A stretch of 64,000 nucleotides of DNA from Dehalococcoidia bacterium. GTDB taxonomy: Bacteria > Chloroflexota > Dehalococcoidia > Plut-88900. The notes under the pieces were generated by a model. The model did not search any database and was not told where the DNA came from. It saw only the letters and a list, made by a program, of their open reading frames with translations. The number at the start of each line of letters is the position of its first letter. Positions within the stretch are counted from its first letter, which is position 1. Below are positions 37,278-47,779 of this stretch, in pieces. Position numbers and translations under genes: made by a program. The stretch is taken from contig CBDFLQ010000007.1 of assembly GCA_965249275.1 (NCBI GenBank), forward strand, positions 224,001 to 288,000, in the 5' to 3' direction.

Positions 37278-39299
37278 TTGCCTGCCCAAGATTCTCTTCA
37301 ACTCCGCCTTCAAATAGACACCCGAGAGACCTTCGGCGAAGGTCTCGAGTTCGGAGATACCGGCTCCTACGAGAAAATTGTCGGCAAAGTCCATTTCGCC
37401 GTAGACCCCGACTCCCCGGCCTACTCCTCTGTCGTAGATATCCAGTACGCCCCCCGCAACCCCGAGGGCCTTGTCGAGTTCTCCACCTCCTTCTTTCTCC
37501 TCAAACCTGCCGACATGTCCCGTGGCAACCGCCGCCTCGTCTACGACGTCAACAACCGCGGTACCAAGCTCCTCGTCCATTTCCTGAATGATGCTCCGCT
37601 TACTGACAACCCGTCCACGCCGGAGCACGCGGGAAACGGCTTTCTAATGAGGCGCGGCTATACAGTCCTCTGGTCGGGCTGGCAGGGAGACATCCTCCCC
37701 AATGAAAACCTCATGTTGATGGACCTGCCGGTCGCCTCCATAAACGGGGCGCCAATCACTGGTCCAGTCCGTGTCGAGTTCTCACCCGGTGACGAAATCA
37801 CCAAGCTGGGTCCCGAGGCAGCCCGCTGTATGCCCCTCAGTGGAAACGCTTATACGAATAGCTACCCCCCTGCCTCCCTGGACACCTCCAATGCCGTCTT
37901 CACTTTTCGAGAGTACGAGACCGACCCCCGAATCCCCTTCCACCCCGACGCCTGGCAATACGCCAAGCTCGATCCATCCGGCAAAATCGTGCCATCCCCC
38001 ACTGACGTCTATCTCCCCCAGGGATTCAAGTCAGGCTGGATATACGAGCTTGTATATATGGCCAAAGACCCACGAGTCATGGGCCTGGGCTTCACCGGCG
38101 TCCGAGACCTGATCTCCTTCTTGATAAACGCCGACACCGATTCGGAAGGCGCTCCGAACCCTGTCCGGGACAACGACGCCGGTATCGAGAAAGCCTACGG
38201 CTGGGGCTGCTCGCAGAGTGCGCGCTTTCTGCGGGAGTTCGTATACCGGGGCTTCAACGAAGACACACACGGCAGGCAGGTCTTCGCCGGTATTTCTCCC
38301 TTCGTGTCGGGCGGAGGCCGGGTATTTGTTAACTATCGATTCTCGCAGCCGGGCCGGTACCCGAGACAGCACTACGACCACCTCTACCCCTCCGACCAGT
38401 TCCCTCACGCCTATCCCGTCACCACCGACCCCCTGACAGGCAGAACCGACGGTATCCTGAAACGTCCTCCCACCGACCCTCTGGTCATTCACACCCAGTC
38501 CGCCTCCGAGTATTGGCAGCGCCGCGGCTCTCTTGTCCACACCGACTCCCTCGGCAACGACTTACCCGACCACGAACGCTCCCGCGTCTACCTCTTCGCC
38601 TCCGCAGAGCACAGCCCCGACCATATCAACGGCCCCATCTACGACCAGTTCAAGCACCCATCCAACCCTCTCAACGTCACTGCCCTACTCCGAGCCATGA
38701 TAGACAACCTTGATGATTGGGTTACGGCTGGCACTCCCCCACCCGACAGCCGTGTCCCCACCCGCGAAGCTGAGACCTGCGTTCCAGCAGAAGTCTCCAA
38801 TTCTCGCTTCCCAGCCATCCCCGGCGTCCAGGCGCCATCTGCCCCAAACCGCCTCTTCGTCCAAGACCATGGCTCCGATTTCGATCAGGGAGTTCTGTCC
38901 GTGGAGCCTCCCATCGAAGACAAGGGCAAAGAATATACGGTGTTGGTCCCACATGTGGATGCCGACGGTAACGACGTCCCCGGTATCAGAGGCCCGGAAC
39001 TCGAGGTCCCGCTTGCAACCTATACCGGCTGGAACTTCAGGCCCCAGGGCGCCGCTGAGAAGGCTATGGCCGCAGTAAACGGCAGCTATCTGCCTTTCGC
39101 CAAGACCCGCGCGGAGCGACTGGAAAAAGGTGATCCCCGCTCTTCCATCGAGGAGCGCTATGGGTCCCGACCCCACTACGTAAAGCTGGTCGCCCTAGCC
39201 TCACAGCGGCTGGTGGAGGAGCGCCTAATCCTGGAAGAGGACGCCGACCGGTTCGTGGAACAGGCGATGGTTGAGCCCGCCTTCGACGAAATAGGCTAG
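37278..39299 (+). CDS. Alpha/beta hydrolase domain-containing protein
   Basis: VNNRG, WSGWQGD, GCSQSARFLR, SEYW, PLATYTGWN, SIEERY; TTG start after AGGAGG. Confidence 0.8.
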   Translation: MPAQDSLQLRLQIDTRETFGEGLEFGDTGSYEKIVGKVHFAVDPDSPAYSSVVDIQYAPRNPEGLVEFSTSFFLLKPADMSRGNRRLVYDVNNRGTKLLVHFLNDAPLTDNPSTPEHAGNGFLMRRGYTVLWSGWQGDILPNENLMLMDLPVASINGAPITGPVRVEFSPGDEITKLGPEAARCMPLSGNAYTNSYPPASLDTSNAVFTFREYETDPRIPFHPDAWQYAKLDPSGKIVPSPTDVYLPQGFKSGWIYELVYMAKDPRVMGLGFTGVRDLISFLINADTDSEGAPNPVRDNDAGIEKAYGWGCSQSARFLREFVYRGFNEDTHGRQVFAGISPFVSGGGRVFVNYRFSQPGRYPRQHYDHLYPSDQFPHAYPVTTDPLTGRTDGILKRPPTDPLVIHTQSASEYWQRRGSLVHTDSLGNDLPDHERSRVYLFASAEHSPDHINGPIYDQFKHPSNPLNVTALLRAMIDNLDDWVTAGTPPPDSRVPTREAETCVPAEVSNSRFPAIPGVQAPSAPNRLFVQDHGSDFDQGVLSVEPPIEDKGKEYTVLVPHVDADGNDVPGIRGPELEVPLATYTGWNFRPQGAAEKAMAAVNGSYLPFAKTRAERLEKGDPRSSIEERYGSRPHYVKLVALASQRLVEERLILEEDADRFVEQAMVEPAFDEIG

Positions 39300-40270
39300 C
39301 CTACGCTTAATCTGTCCAGCGCCTCGAGCACCGGGGCCAGCTCTTCGGTTGTCTTCGGAGTGGTCGGGTCCAGGCAAATCTGTATGTGAGATATGCCCTC
39401 GCGCTCGTAACGGAGTAATTCCTCGGCTATAGCCTCAGGAGAGCCCGAAAGGGGTTTCAGAGGAGCCTGCCCCGCCAACTGATCGCTCGGAAGGCGGTCC
39501 CACCAGGGGTCGGCATTAGCGTCGGCCATTAGTACGGCGTGGCTGCGCTCCAAAGTGGCCGGGTCCCGACTCTGCTCTCGGCAAGCTTCATCGACAATCG
39601 GGCGCATTCTTTTCGCCCCCTCGACGCTGTTGAGCGTATCATCGTAGTAGGCGTTCCACATATCGGCGTATTTGGCCGTCAAGGCCATCATCCGGGGCCT
39701 GCTCGCCCCCATCAATATCGGCGGCCCCCCCGCCCGAGGCCCCTGCGGACGAAGCTCGCACGCACGTGCGCTGTAAAACTTGCCTTCAAAGTCTACCTGG
39801 CCGTTCTTAAGCAGGCCGTGGACTATCTGGATCGCCTCTTCGAATCGGCTTACCTTGTTGTCGAATGGGAACCCATAGGAATTGTACTCGAACTTGTGGT
39901 ATCCGGACCCGACACCCAGGATCAGCCTGCCATCGCTGATCTCCTCGACAGTGGAGGCCATCTTGGCAAGCAGGGCCGGGTTACGCCAGCCTATAGCCAG
40001 CACCAATGTCCCTAGCTCCACGCGGTTGGTTGTCGCCGCCAACGCCGAGAGGAGTGACCAGACTTCCCACACACCTCGGGCCTGGTCTTCGCCCTCCAGC
40101 AGGTAAATGAGGTGGTCTACAAGCCAAATCGAGTCGAAGCCAACGTCTTCGGCCAGAGCAGCGATTTCCCTGAGCTCTTGCCAATTGCTCATTCCCGGCC
40201 CTCGGAGGCCCTCCGTCTGGGGTAGCATCAAACCGACCTTCAACGTCCTCGAACCGCTTGCAACCGTCAT
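39296..40270 (-). CDS. LLM class flavin-dependent oxidoreductase
   Basis: GFDSIWLVDH, RNPALLAKMA, SDGRLILGVG, PPILMG. Confidence 0.9.
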   Translation of the reverse strand: MTVASGSRTLKVGLMLPQTEGLRGPGMSNWQELREIAALAEDVGFDSIWLVDHLIYLLEGEDQARGVWEVWSLLSALAATTNRVELGTLVLAIGWRNPALLAKMASTVEEISDGRLILGVGSGYHKFEYNSYGFPFDNKVSRFEEAIQIVHGLLKNGQVDFEGKFYSARACELRPQGPRAGGPPILMGASRPRMMALTAKYADMWNAYYDDTLNSVEGAKRMRPIVDEACREQSRDPATLERSHAVLMADANADPWWDRLPSDQLAGQAPLKPLSGSPEAIAEELLRYEREGISHIQICLDPTTPKTTEELAPVLEALDRLSVG

Positions 40271-40421
40271 GTTTCACTCCTTGGACTATTTTGGGGATCC
40301 ATTCCCCGTATGGTAGTTCACAACCCCTGGCGTACGAAGAAATTATATACTTGTGCGGGCTCCCGGCCACCAGGGTGTGCGATGTTCGGCGTCCCGCCGT
40401 GGCCTTACGTTCATCGGAACA

Positions 40422-40838
40422 ATGTCTTACAACTTCCTCATACTGACTGTCTGCGCTTCTTTGTTCGCCTTGCGCGTGCTTGGGCAAGTATTGGTGGTGA
40501 CCCGAGCCCCCCGTTGGCTTCCTTCCAACAAGCACTGGTACTCAGGGCTTCTGCCCTACAGATTTCTACTGCCGGCACAGTTGCTCTTGCTGGCAATCAT
40601 GATGGCGATAACTCTGGCAGTCTATCGGGATGAGCCATTTTTTGCGACCGACCGCTGGGACCGGGCAGCGCCAATTCTCGCCGTCATTTCCGGGGTCTAC
40701 TTCGTGTCGATGGCCCTCCGCTACGTCCTGACTATGGCGCTGCGCCCCGAGCGAAGGTGGTTCAAACGCACCATCCCGATCTGGTTCCACATGGTCCTGG
40801 CCATTGCTCTTTGGGCATTCGCCGACTACCTGCGGTAG
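40422..40838 (+). CDS. Hypothetical membrane protein
   Basis: 4 TM segments, WYSGLLPY motif; overlaps the 3' end of the FMO gene convergently. Confidence 0.65.
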   Translation: MSYNFLILTVCASLFALRVLGQVLVVTRAPRWLPSNKHWYSGLLPYRFLLPAQLLLLAIMMAITLAVYRDEPFFATDRWDRAAPILAVISGVYFVSMALRYVLTMALRPERRWFKRTIPIWFHMVLAIALWAFADYLR

Positions 40839-41950
40839 TTGCTCTCCGCAATAACTCGTGCCACCCGTTTTGCATCAATGCGAATATTGTAGAGCCCGCC
40901 TCGTCCATCGTAGTTGTGGCCGATGAAATACAGTCCCGAATAGTTTGCGCTGCACACCCTGTCTCTCCGATCGCCGAATCCACACTCATCTCTGGCCCCG
41001 TAAACACCCATCCATTCAATTGCCGCACGATATCCGGTCGCAAGTATCACCTGGTCCCCGACCCACTCGGAACCATCCGAAAAACGGACGCCGCCCTCGG
41101 TCATTTTAGCCACTCCGGGCCTCAACTTTATGCGCCCCGCTTCAATATGTTCCAGGATCCCGCGGCCGATCACGGGGACGTCCGGGCAGTCATCCTTCAT
41201 CTGTTTTCTCGGTAGCCGGGCCGACCCTGGCCTCAGCAAGCCGCCTATCAGCCCCATCCCACCCACAACGCGCCTTTGTGCAGAATTTGGGACACACGAC
41301 ATCATCCAGCCGAAATACTGGGTCGGGATGCCAGCGATGCTCTTAGGGATAACATTGGCCCCCGACCGAATGGATACTGTTACTTCTATTCCAGCTTCAG
41401 CCATCTCCGATGCAATCTCCGACCCCGAGTTCCCGATCCCGACCACCAATGCTCGCCGCCCTGGCCTATCATCGGGCCGCCGATATTCCGTGCTGTGGAA
41501 TATCACCCCTCCATAAGACGACATCCCATCAAAGTCCGGGACCACAGGCGAAGTCATAATGCCGGTGGCAACGATCACGGATCTCGCCGTATATTCGCCC
41601 CGCGTCGTTTCGACGACCCACGCACCGTTGTCCTGTCTCAGTCCGGTCACTTCCGTGCGCTCCCGTAAGGGCAATGCAAACCTGTCCGCGTATCCTGCAA
41701 CGTATGAGGTGAATTCTGAAAGTGTCGGGAACAGGGAAGTTTGGGGCGGGAAGGACATTCCCGGAAGTGCGCTAAGGTGCTTGCCTGTGTGCAACCTCAG
41801 GCCATCGTAGACGTGCCCCCACATCCAGCCTGCATGGCCTCCTCTTTCAAGCACTACGTTGGAAATGCCCCGCATTCCCAGCTGTTGAGAGGTCGCAAGC
41901 CCGGCCGGCCCTCCTCCCACGACGACAGCGTCGAAGCTCTCAACAGGCAT
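40826..41950 (-). CDS. Flavin-containing monooxygenase (YUCCA/ArsO-like class B FMO)
   Basis: GGGPAG, W..VYDGLRLH, ATG, FHSTEYR, GIGNSG, ATGY. Confidence 0.88.
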   Translation of the reverse strand: MPVESFDAVVVGGGPAGLATSQQLGMRGISNVVLERGGHAGWMWGHVYDGLRLHTGKHLSALPGMSFPPQTSLFPTLSEFTSYVAGYADRFALPLRERTEVTGLRQDNGAWVVETTRGEYTARSVIVATGIMTSPVVPDFDGMSSYGGVIFHSTEYRRPDDRPGRRALVVGIGNSGSEIASEMAEAGIEVTVSIRSGANVIPKSIAGIPTQYFGWMMSCVPNSAQRRVVGGMGLIGGLLRPGSARLPRKQMKDDCPDVPVIGRGILEHIEAGRIKLRPGVAKMTEGGVRFSDGSEWVGDQVILATGYRAAIEWMGVYGARDECGFGDRRDRVCSANYSGLYFIGHNYDGRGGLYNIRIDAKRVARVIAESNYRR

Positions 41951-42003
41951 GGTCTTCCTTTACCTCGACGCTTGTCTTCACCCGACTGGAAGCGTCCACA
42001 GGC

Positions 42004-43662
42004 CTAAATGTTCAACTCCTTCACCACTTCCCCGTTGTCTTCCCCATCCGGCAGACCCAGCAGCTCGTCCTTGAACTGTATGTCCCTCACGGCCCGAGCC
42101 AGCTTGGCTTCGACTCGGCGGGAAGACCAACCTTCCGACATTACCTGAATGAGAGGAGCATGTAGTCGCCCCGACCTCCTCTTCTGCTCGTACTCGATGT
42201 TCAGCCCCGACAACGCTTCATCGATGGCTCTGCCAAGCCTAAGCGCCGCCTCATCGGCAACCGGGTTCTCCTTGAATTCCAGCTGCAACGCGTACCGGGA
42301 CTCCTCGGCCCGACCCACCGCACGGTAATATTCGACCTTAACACCCACAGATGCCTGTGCTTCCGACACAGCCTGGATCAATTGCGACACATGCAGCTTT
42401 TCGCCCTCTAGGTTCACCATGTCCCGGCCCTTTCGCAGGAACTCCAACATCGGCGTCCCGTTGTGGAATCCCGATACCCGCACAACGTCGTTGATGTCGT
42501 ACCGGTATAGGCCGTTGGGCGAGGTGATCAGGACGTAGTAGCTCTCACCGTCCTCCAGTTCCCCGACCGTCAGGACGCTTGGAGCGTCGCTTTCAATCTC
42601 ACCCTCTGTGATGAACTCGTAGAAATTGGCCCCAAGGGTCGGGATGCCCCTGCATCCATCATCCTCGATAGGTAGGGTCACGTACGCCTCACTTGATAGA
42701 TACCCGATGTCCCGGAATGGCGTTCCCTGCTGGAACCATGGCCGCAGCCTATCCACAGTCGATCCCACGCTCCCTCCCTTCCAGCACCCGACCAACGCAA
42801 GCTCGGGCCAATAGCCTTCCGGCCTCAGCGACCCCGAGTTAGCCACCATCCTCTCCAACGTACTAGCCCGCTTCGGGTTCGGCCTAAGCTGGGCCTTCAC
42901 TTCCTCACGCACCCCCTCTGAGATATCAAATTCTCTGGAAAGAGAGCCATCGTGGATGTCCTTTATCAGCCGGTCCCGGTACCTGTCCGCGGTCGTGATA
43001 AGCCGCAGGATAGTGCTGGGGTTGGGCGTAGCCACCAGGGAAACACGTTGCTCTATGGCAAACCGCATGATCGCGTAGTATTTCGCCTCAAAGTCCTTGA
43101 TGGTGAACACGGGGTAGGGGACCGCATAACGCCGGCGTATGACCCAGGATGCTTTCTTGTATATGTTCCCGGAAGCCGACCCGAAGGGAATGCCGCTCTC
43201 CGTATGGCCCTCTACGGCCGGACTCACAATCACCAGCGCCTTGTGATCGAGCACCTTGGGATGGTCCACGAGACATCGATATAGCCAGAGCCGAGACAGC
43301 CGTTTGGACATGCGCCCCGTGGCACGTGTCACGGGGATGGACTTAGGCTGTCCGGACGTACCGCTCGTCAGCGCGAACATATACGGATCTTCGGCGGTCA
43401 GGACGCCGCGCTCTCCCCACTTCACCTTGTCGACCCACGGGCGGAATGACTCATAGTCAGCGATGAGCACGCAGCCCTGGTAATCTTCCACCGACCGCAT
43501 CGACGAAAAACCGTGTTCCCTCCCGTACGCCGTGTCTCGGTTAGTTCTCAGGATACGTCGAAGGAGCTTCCACTGGGCTTCCTCCGGGTGCTTGGTAATA
43601 TTCTCGAACCTGCTCCACGACCACCGCCCCTTCAGCCCCGACAGTTGAGAGACGAAGGACAT
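42004..43662 (-). CDS. GH3 family acyl-adenylate/amide synthetase
   Basis: TSGTSGQPKSIP, YLSSE, FYEF, GLYRYDINDVV, NLEGEK. Confidence 0.9.
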   Translation of the reverse strand: MSFVSQLSGLKGRWSWSRFENITKHPEEAQWKLLRRILRTNRDTAYGREHGFSSMRSVEDYQGCVLIADYESFRPWVDKVKWGERGVLTAEDPYMFALTSGTSGQPKSIPVTRATGRMSKRLSRLWLYRCLVDHPKVLDHKALVIVSPAVEGHTESGIPFGSASGNIYKKASWVIRRRYAVPYPVFTIKDFEAKYYAIMRFAIEQRVSLVATPNPSTILRLITTADRYRDRLIKDIHDGSLSREFDISEGVREEVKAQLRPNPKRASTLERMVANSGSLRPEGYWPELALVGCWKGGSVGSTVDRLRPWFQQGTPFRDIGYLSSEAYVTLPIEDDGCRGIPTLGANFYEFITEGEIESDAPSVLTVGELEDGESYYVLITSPNGLYRYDINDVVRVSGFHNGTPMLEFLRKGRDMVNLEGEKLHVSQLIQAVSEAQASVGVKVEYYRAVGRAEESRYALQLEFKENPVADEAALRLGRAIDEALSGLNIEYEQKRRSGRLHAPLIQVMSEGWSSRRVEAKLARAVRDIQFKDELLGLPDGEDNGEVVKELNI

Positions 43663-43664
43663 AT

Positions 43665-45545
43665 CTAGCCTCCGCTTTTCACCTTCACAATGTCGTCCGC
43701 GAGTCTTTCAAGGATGTCGTCGTCAACCTCAACCCCCAGCCCCGTACCCAAGACCAGGCCCCCTCTTCCCTCGTACCCAAACATCACCGGGTCCCGGGTG
43801 AGATCCTCAGTCAGCAGGTGCGTCCCGAACGACCCTTCCACGTACTCAACTGCCGGCAAATGTGCCACGAGATGCCGCCCCGCCGCCGACAACAACGATG
43901 TCTCCCCAACCTGCGCCCCCACCTGCACCTTAACCCCTGCCTCCAATCCAAGTTCCGCTATCCGCAACGAAGAGATTAACCCTCCGCACTTCGATGCCCG
44001 GACGTTGAACACGTCACACGCCTGTTCTCGGATGAGGTTGACAGCATCATCAAAGGTGACCAGCGACTCATCGGCAATGACGTTGAGGCCGGTCTCTTGC
44101 CGGACTCGCCGCATGCCTTCCAAATTCGAGGCGGCCACCGGTTGCTCCACAGCAGTTATGTCAAACATCCGTAGCTGGTTCAAAGCCGAACCAGCCTCGG
44201 GGCCCGACCAGGCGCCGTTAGCATCCACCCTGATATCTACATCTTTTCCGGCAACATCCCTGACCGCCTGCAGCCTCTCAACGTCCTTCTCCACACCCAC
44301 CTTTACTTTAAGATTCGTAAACCCGGCTTGCATATACCGTTCCGCCGTGGCACGCGCTATCTGCGGGTCAGTCGCATCTATCAGGCCGGTGTACGTCACA
44401 TGCCCTCTGACCGGCCCCAGCCACGAGGCAATAGATTCCCCGGAACGCTTGAAAGCCCAGTCCAGCAAGGCCAGCTCCAAGGCGCACATCGTTGCGTTCC
44501 AGGCCACAACACCGGTGCCTTTCGAAAGGCGTTCAGCCCACTCCCCCACAAAAGACCCTATCTGTTCCACAGCCCCCACGCCCGACCCAAACTCCAGCTT
44601 CATCACCTCCGGCCCAATCCTGCTCTTCAGTGCTTCGACCACCCCGGCCACGTCCTCCCCGGTAACATAGGCCCTCGGCAACCCCTCCCCATACCCCCTT
44701 GACCCGTCACTCCCCGTTAGCCGGACAACTACTGAATCGCTGGTCGAGCGGCTCGTCTTGGAGTGCACGAAGGCTCGATTAAACGGGATGTGCAAAGGAA
44801 ATACTTCCAGGCTCACGATCCTGCTCGGCCCCGGCCTCCGACCCAGCTTGGACCCGAGGGGGAAATAACGTTTCAGCACAACGTTACGCACAAACGTCCT
44901 GCTCAGTATCTGTTCCACTTCATCGGGCCGGAACCCGTAGTAAGAAATGTAACCCTGAAGTGTTCGCTTCCCTTCTTCTGCGTGCCGGACATCCACTTCT
45001 CCATGCAGCGTGAACCACTGCACCGCCTCCACTGAAAGCCCGTAGTGCCCGGTCATCGACTCCGCTATCCCGTCGCTCGCCCGAGACAGGAACAGCTCGA
45101 ATGCAACGGTTTCCAGCAGCATCGAGAGTCCCAGGTCTCGGAGACTCTCATACGGCACCCTCCCCGACCCAAACTCCCGTCGAGCCTCGTCCGCCTCGGC
45201 ATTGAGCCGTATTACGTCGGCTTCGGAAAACCCGATACCCCTGGCTAGGTCTATCAGCATCTCCGGGTGCGCCTTTTCTCCCTCGTACAGCCCCATCTCC
45301 TCCATCAGGTTCCCCTTAACCATGTCCGCAGCGTCCCGTGGCGCGACAGCGAACAAAAATGAAAGTATCTGCACAGAGTTCAGGTGCGTGACAATGAAGC
45401 TACGGAAGAACTCGCGCAGGTCTTCTCGGGCCATATCGCCCGACAGTATGGCTAGCACTCGAGAATCGGCTAGAGCCTCGGTGGTAGTCCCTTCCAGGGT
45501 CTTCTTAATTGTGTTCTCAATCGAATTATGTAATGTGTCTGGCAA
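43665..45545 (-). CDS. Fusion of an HO-like diiron (TenA/PqqC/CADD-type) domain and an enolase-superfamily epimerase domain
   Basis: N-term NLMEEMG...HPEM...E...WFTLHGEVDVRH; C-term KVKVG, VDANGAW, EQP, ADES, KCGG, GAQVGE. Confidence 0.8.
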   Translation of the reverse strand: MPDTLHNSIENTIKKTLEGTTTEALADSRVLAILSGDMAREDLREFFRSFIVTHLNSVQILSFLFAVAPRDAADMVKGNLMEEMGLYEGEKAHPEMLIDLARGIGFSEADVIRLNAEADEARREFGSGRVPYESLRDLGLSMLLETVAFELFLSRASDGIAESMTGHYGLSVEAVQWFTLHGEVDVRHAEEGKRTLQGYISYYGFRPDEVEQILSRTFVRNVVLKRYFPLGSKLGRRPGPSRIVSLEVFPLHIPFNRAFVHSKTSRSTSDSVVVRLTGSDGSRGYGEGLPRAYVTGEDVAGVVEALKSRIGPEVMKLEFGSGVGAVEQIGSFVGEWAERLSKGTGVVAWNATMCALELALLDWAFKRSGESIASWLGPVRGHVTYTGLIDATDPQIARATAERYMQAGFTNLKVKVGVEKDVERLQAVRDVAGKDVDIRVDANGAWSGPEAGSALNQLRMFDITAVEQPVAASNLEGMRRVRQETGLNVIADESLVTFDDAVNLIREQACDVFNVRASKCGGLISSLRIAELGLEAGVKVQVGAQVGETSLLSAAGRHLVAHLPAVEYVEGSFGTHLLTEDLTRDPVMFGYEGRGGLVLGTGLGVEVDDDILERLADDIVKVKSGG

Positions 45546-45568
45546 AAATGTTCACTTTCCTAACCGAC

Positions 45569-47779
45569 TCACGCGTCCGAAAGTCTCCCCTCTTGGCGCA
45601 GGTGTATCCGGGCTAACTTCAACTCCTCGTAATCAAACTCGTCCCCTAAACGCTCCTTCACAGGCCCGAGCAAGGCGCTGCCCGACTCCCGAAACGCTTC
45701 TTCGATAATGCCCAATCTTCCAGGCTCGGGGGCAACATGGGTCAGGTCCAACCGAAATCCCTGGTAGGTAATGCGTTCCATGTGCCCGATAACGGTGTTC
45801 CTGGCCAGACCCCGCTCGTTGGCTATCTGGTCGATTGACAGTCCTTGCGCCAGCATCTCTCTTGTAGTTTCGTGGGTGCCGCTAAGGGGTCCCCCGCGCG
45901 AATATCCGTTACGGTTTGCGCCCCCATTCCGAGGCGCCAGTGCCAGGAGTTCAGCGCCCGTCGGCACTTCCACGTTGTTCGCCTCAACGTACTCCTTGAT
46001 GACGCTGACGAACTCAGGGCCGTACTCCTGCAGCTTCACCTCCCCAACCCCGTGCATCCGAGAAAACTCCTCTTTGCTGCACGGGTAAGCTGCAGCCATG
46101 TGGCGCAGGGAGACGTCGCCGAATACAACGTAAGGCGGGACTCCGCGTTCCTCGGCCAGCCGCTTCCGCAGGGCACGCAGCTCTTGAAAAAGGTCTTCAT
46201 CGTATTTGAACGCATCGCCACCGGGCCTCGACCTCCCAGCTCGTCTGTCCATTGTCGGCTTGACCAATGTTAGCGACTCCCGTTGCTTGAGGAACGCCCA
46301 GCCCTCGGGGGAGAGGGAAAGGGTAGGATAGTCTCCTTCGTTTCGGACCAGCAGTCCCTTCGCCTGAATCTGGCCGAAGACCTCCTTGAGTTGACGCTTG
46401 CTGAAGTCTTTGACAATGCCGTAAACGCTCAATTGGTCGTGCCCCAATGCCAACACCCGCTTGTCCCGGCTCCCGACCAGCACGTCGATCACATGGTTCG
46501 CCCCGAACCTCTCGTCGGTCCGCACTACCGCCGAGAGTACCTTCTGAGCGACTTCCGTGGCGTCGAACCTATTGTCGGTATCGATGCAGATGTCACATGC
46601 CCCGCAGTCTTCCTCCTCCCATTCCTCTCCGAAATATCTGAGCAGGAATCGCCGTCGGCAGGTCGGAAGCTGGGCGTATTCCACCATCTTGTCCAGCTTC
46701 TGCTGGGCGTTGCGCCGCTCCCTCTCATCTTCCATCTGCCCGATGAAATACTCCTGCTTCACCCTGTCCCCGAGAGTGAAGAAGAGGACGCAGTCACTTG
46801 GCAGCCCGTCCCTCCCGGCCCGGCCCGTTTCCTGGTAGTAACCCTCCACCGACTTCGGCAGATTATGATGCACGACGAGCCGCACATCCGGTTTGTCGAT
46901 GCCCATGCCAAAAGCGATAGTCGCAACGATGATGGGAACCCTGTCCCGTATGAAGTCATCCTGGGTCTGCCTCCGGAGTTCGGGCGTCAGTCCCGCATGG
47001 TATGGAAGGGCGGGAAAACCCTGTCCGTTCAGCTTACGAGCCAAGTCCTCAGTCTCCTGGCGCGAGAAGCAATAGATGATGACCGACTGGTCCCGATGCT
47101 TTTCAAGGAGTGAGATCAGCTCACCCCAGGAGTCTGTCTTGGGCCGCACCGAGTAGCTGAGGTTCGCCCTGTTGAAGCTCGACAGGTACACCCGACCCCG
47201 CTCCAGCCCCAGCTGCTGGACGATGTCCTCCCGCACCTTCTCGGTGGCGGTTGCTGTCAGGGCAATCACCGGCACCGACGGAAAGTCCCGCCTCAGGTCC
47301 AGCAGGTTGCGGTAATCCGGCCGAAACTCGTGACCCCACTCGGAGATGCAGTGAGCCTCATCAATGGCGATTAAACTCAGGTCCAACTCTTGAAGAAACC
47401 GTCGAAACAGAGGCGCAGGCAGACGTTCGGGCGCCACGTACAGGAGCTTAACTAATCCGGCCTTTACTTCGCTCTGCACTCGATCTATTTCCTTCCAGGA
47501 CAGGGAGCTGTTGATAAACCGGGCGGCTATCCCGTTGGCATTCAGCGCGTCTACCTGGTCCTTCATCAGGGCAATCAGCGGAGAGACCACCAACGTGACT
47601 CCTTCGAATATCAGTGCAGGCAGTTGATAACAGAGCGACTTACCACCACCCGTTGGCATCAGCGCAAGGCTGTCCCGTCCAGCGAGGACATTGCCGATTA
47701 TCTCGCCCTGCGGTGCCCAGAAGCTGTCATAACCGAAGCGCGACCTCAGGACGGCAAGTGTATCGACAGCGATGTTCAT
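45569..47779 (-). CDS. recQ: ATP-dependent DNA helicase RecQ
   Basis: MPTGGGKSLCYQ, DEAHCISEWGHEFRP, YYQETGRAGRDG, RQC and HRDC domains. Confidence 0.97.
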   Translation of the reverse strand: MNIAVDTLAVLRSRFGYDSFWAPQGEIIGNVLAGRDSLALMPTGGGKSLCYQLPALIFEGVTLVVSPLIALMKDQVDALNANGIAARFINSSLSWKEIDRVQSEVKAGLVKLLYVAPERLPAPLFRRFLQELDLSLIAIDEAHCISEWGHEFRPDYRNLLDLRRDFPSVPVIALTATATEKVREDIVQQLGLERGRVYLSSFNRANLSYSVRPKTDSWGELISLLEKHRDQSVIIYCFSRQETEDLARKLNGQGFPALPYHAGLTPELRRQTQDDFIRDRVPIIVATIAFGMGIDKPDVRLVVHHNLPKSVEGYYQETGRAGRDGLPSDCVLFFTLGDRVKQEYFIGQMEDERERRNAQQKLDKMVEYAQLPTCRRRFLLRYFGEEWEEEDCGACDICIDTDNRFDATEVAQKVLSAVVRTDERFGANHVIDVLVGSRDKRVLALGHDQLSVYGIVKDFSKRQLKEVFGQIQAKGLLVRNEGDYPTLSLSPEGWAFLKQRESLTLVKPTMDRRAGRSRPGGDAFKYDEDLFQELRALRKRLAEERGVPPYVVFGDVSLRHMAAAYPCSKEEFSRMHGVGEVKLQEYGPEFVSVIKEYVEANNVEVPTGAELLALAPRNGGANRNGYSRGGPLSGTHETTREMLAQGLSIDQIANERGLARNTVIGHMERITYQGFRLDLTHVAPEPGRLGIIEEAFRESGSALLGPVKERLGDEFDYEELKLARIHLRQEGRLSDA

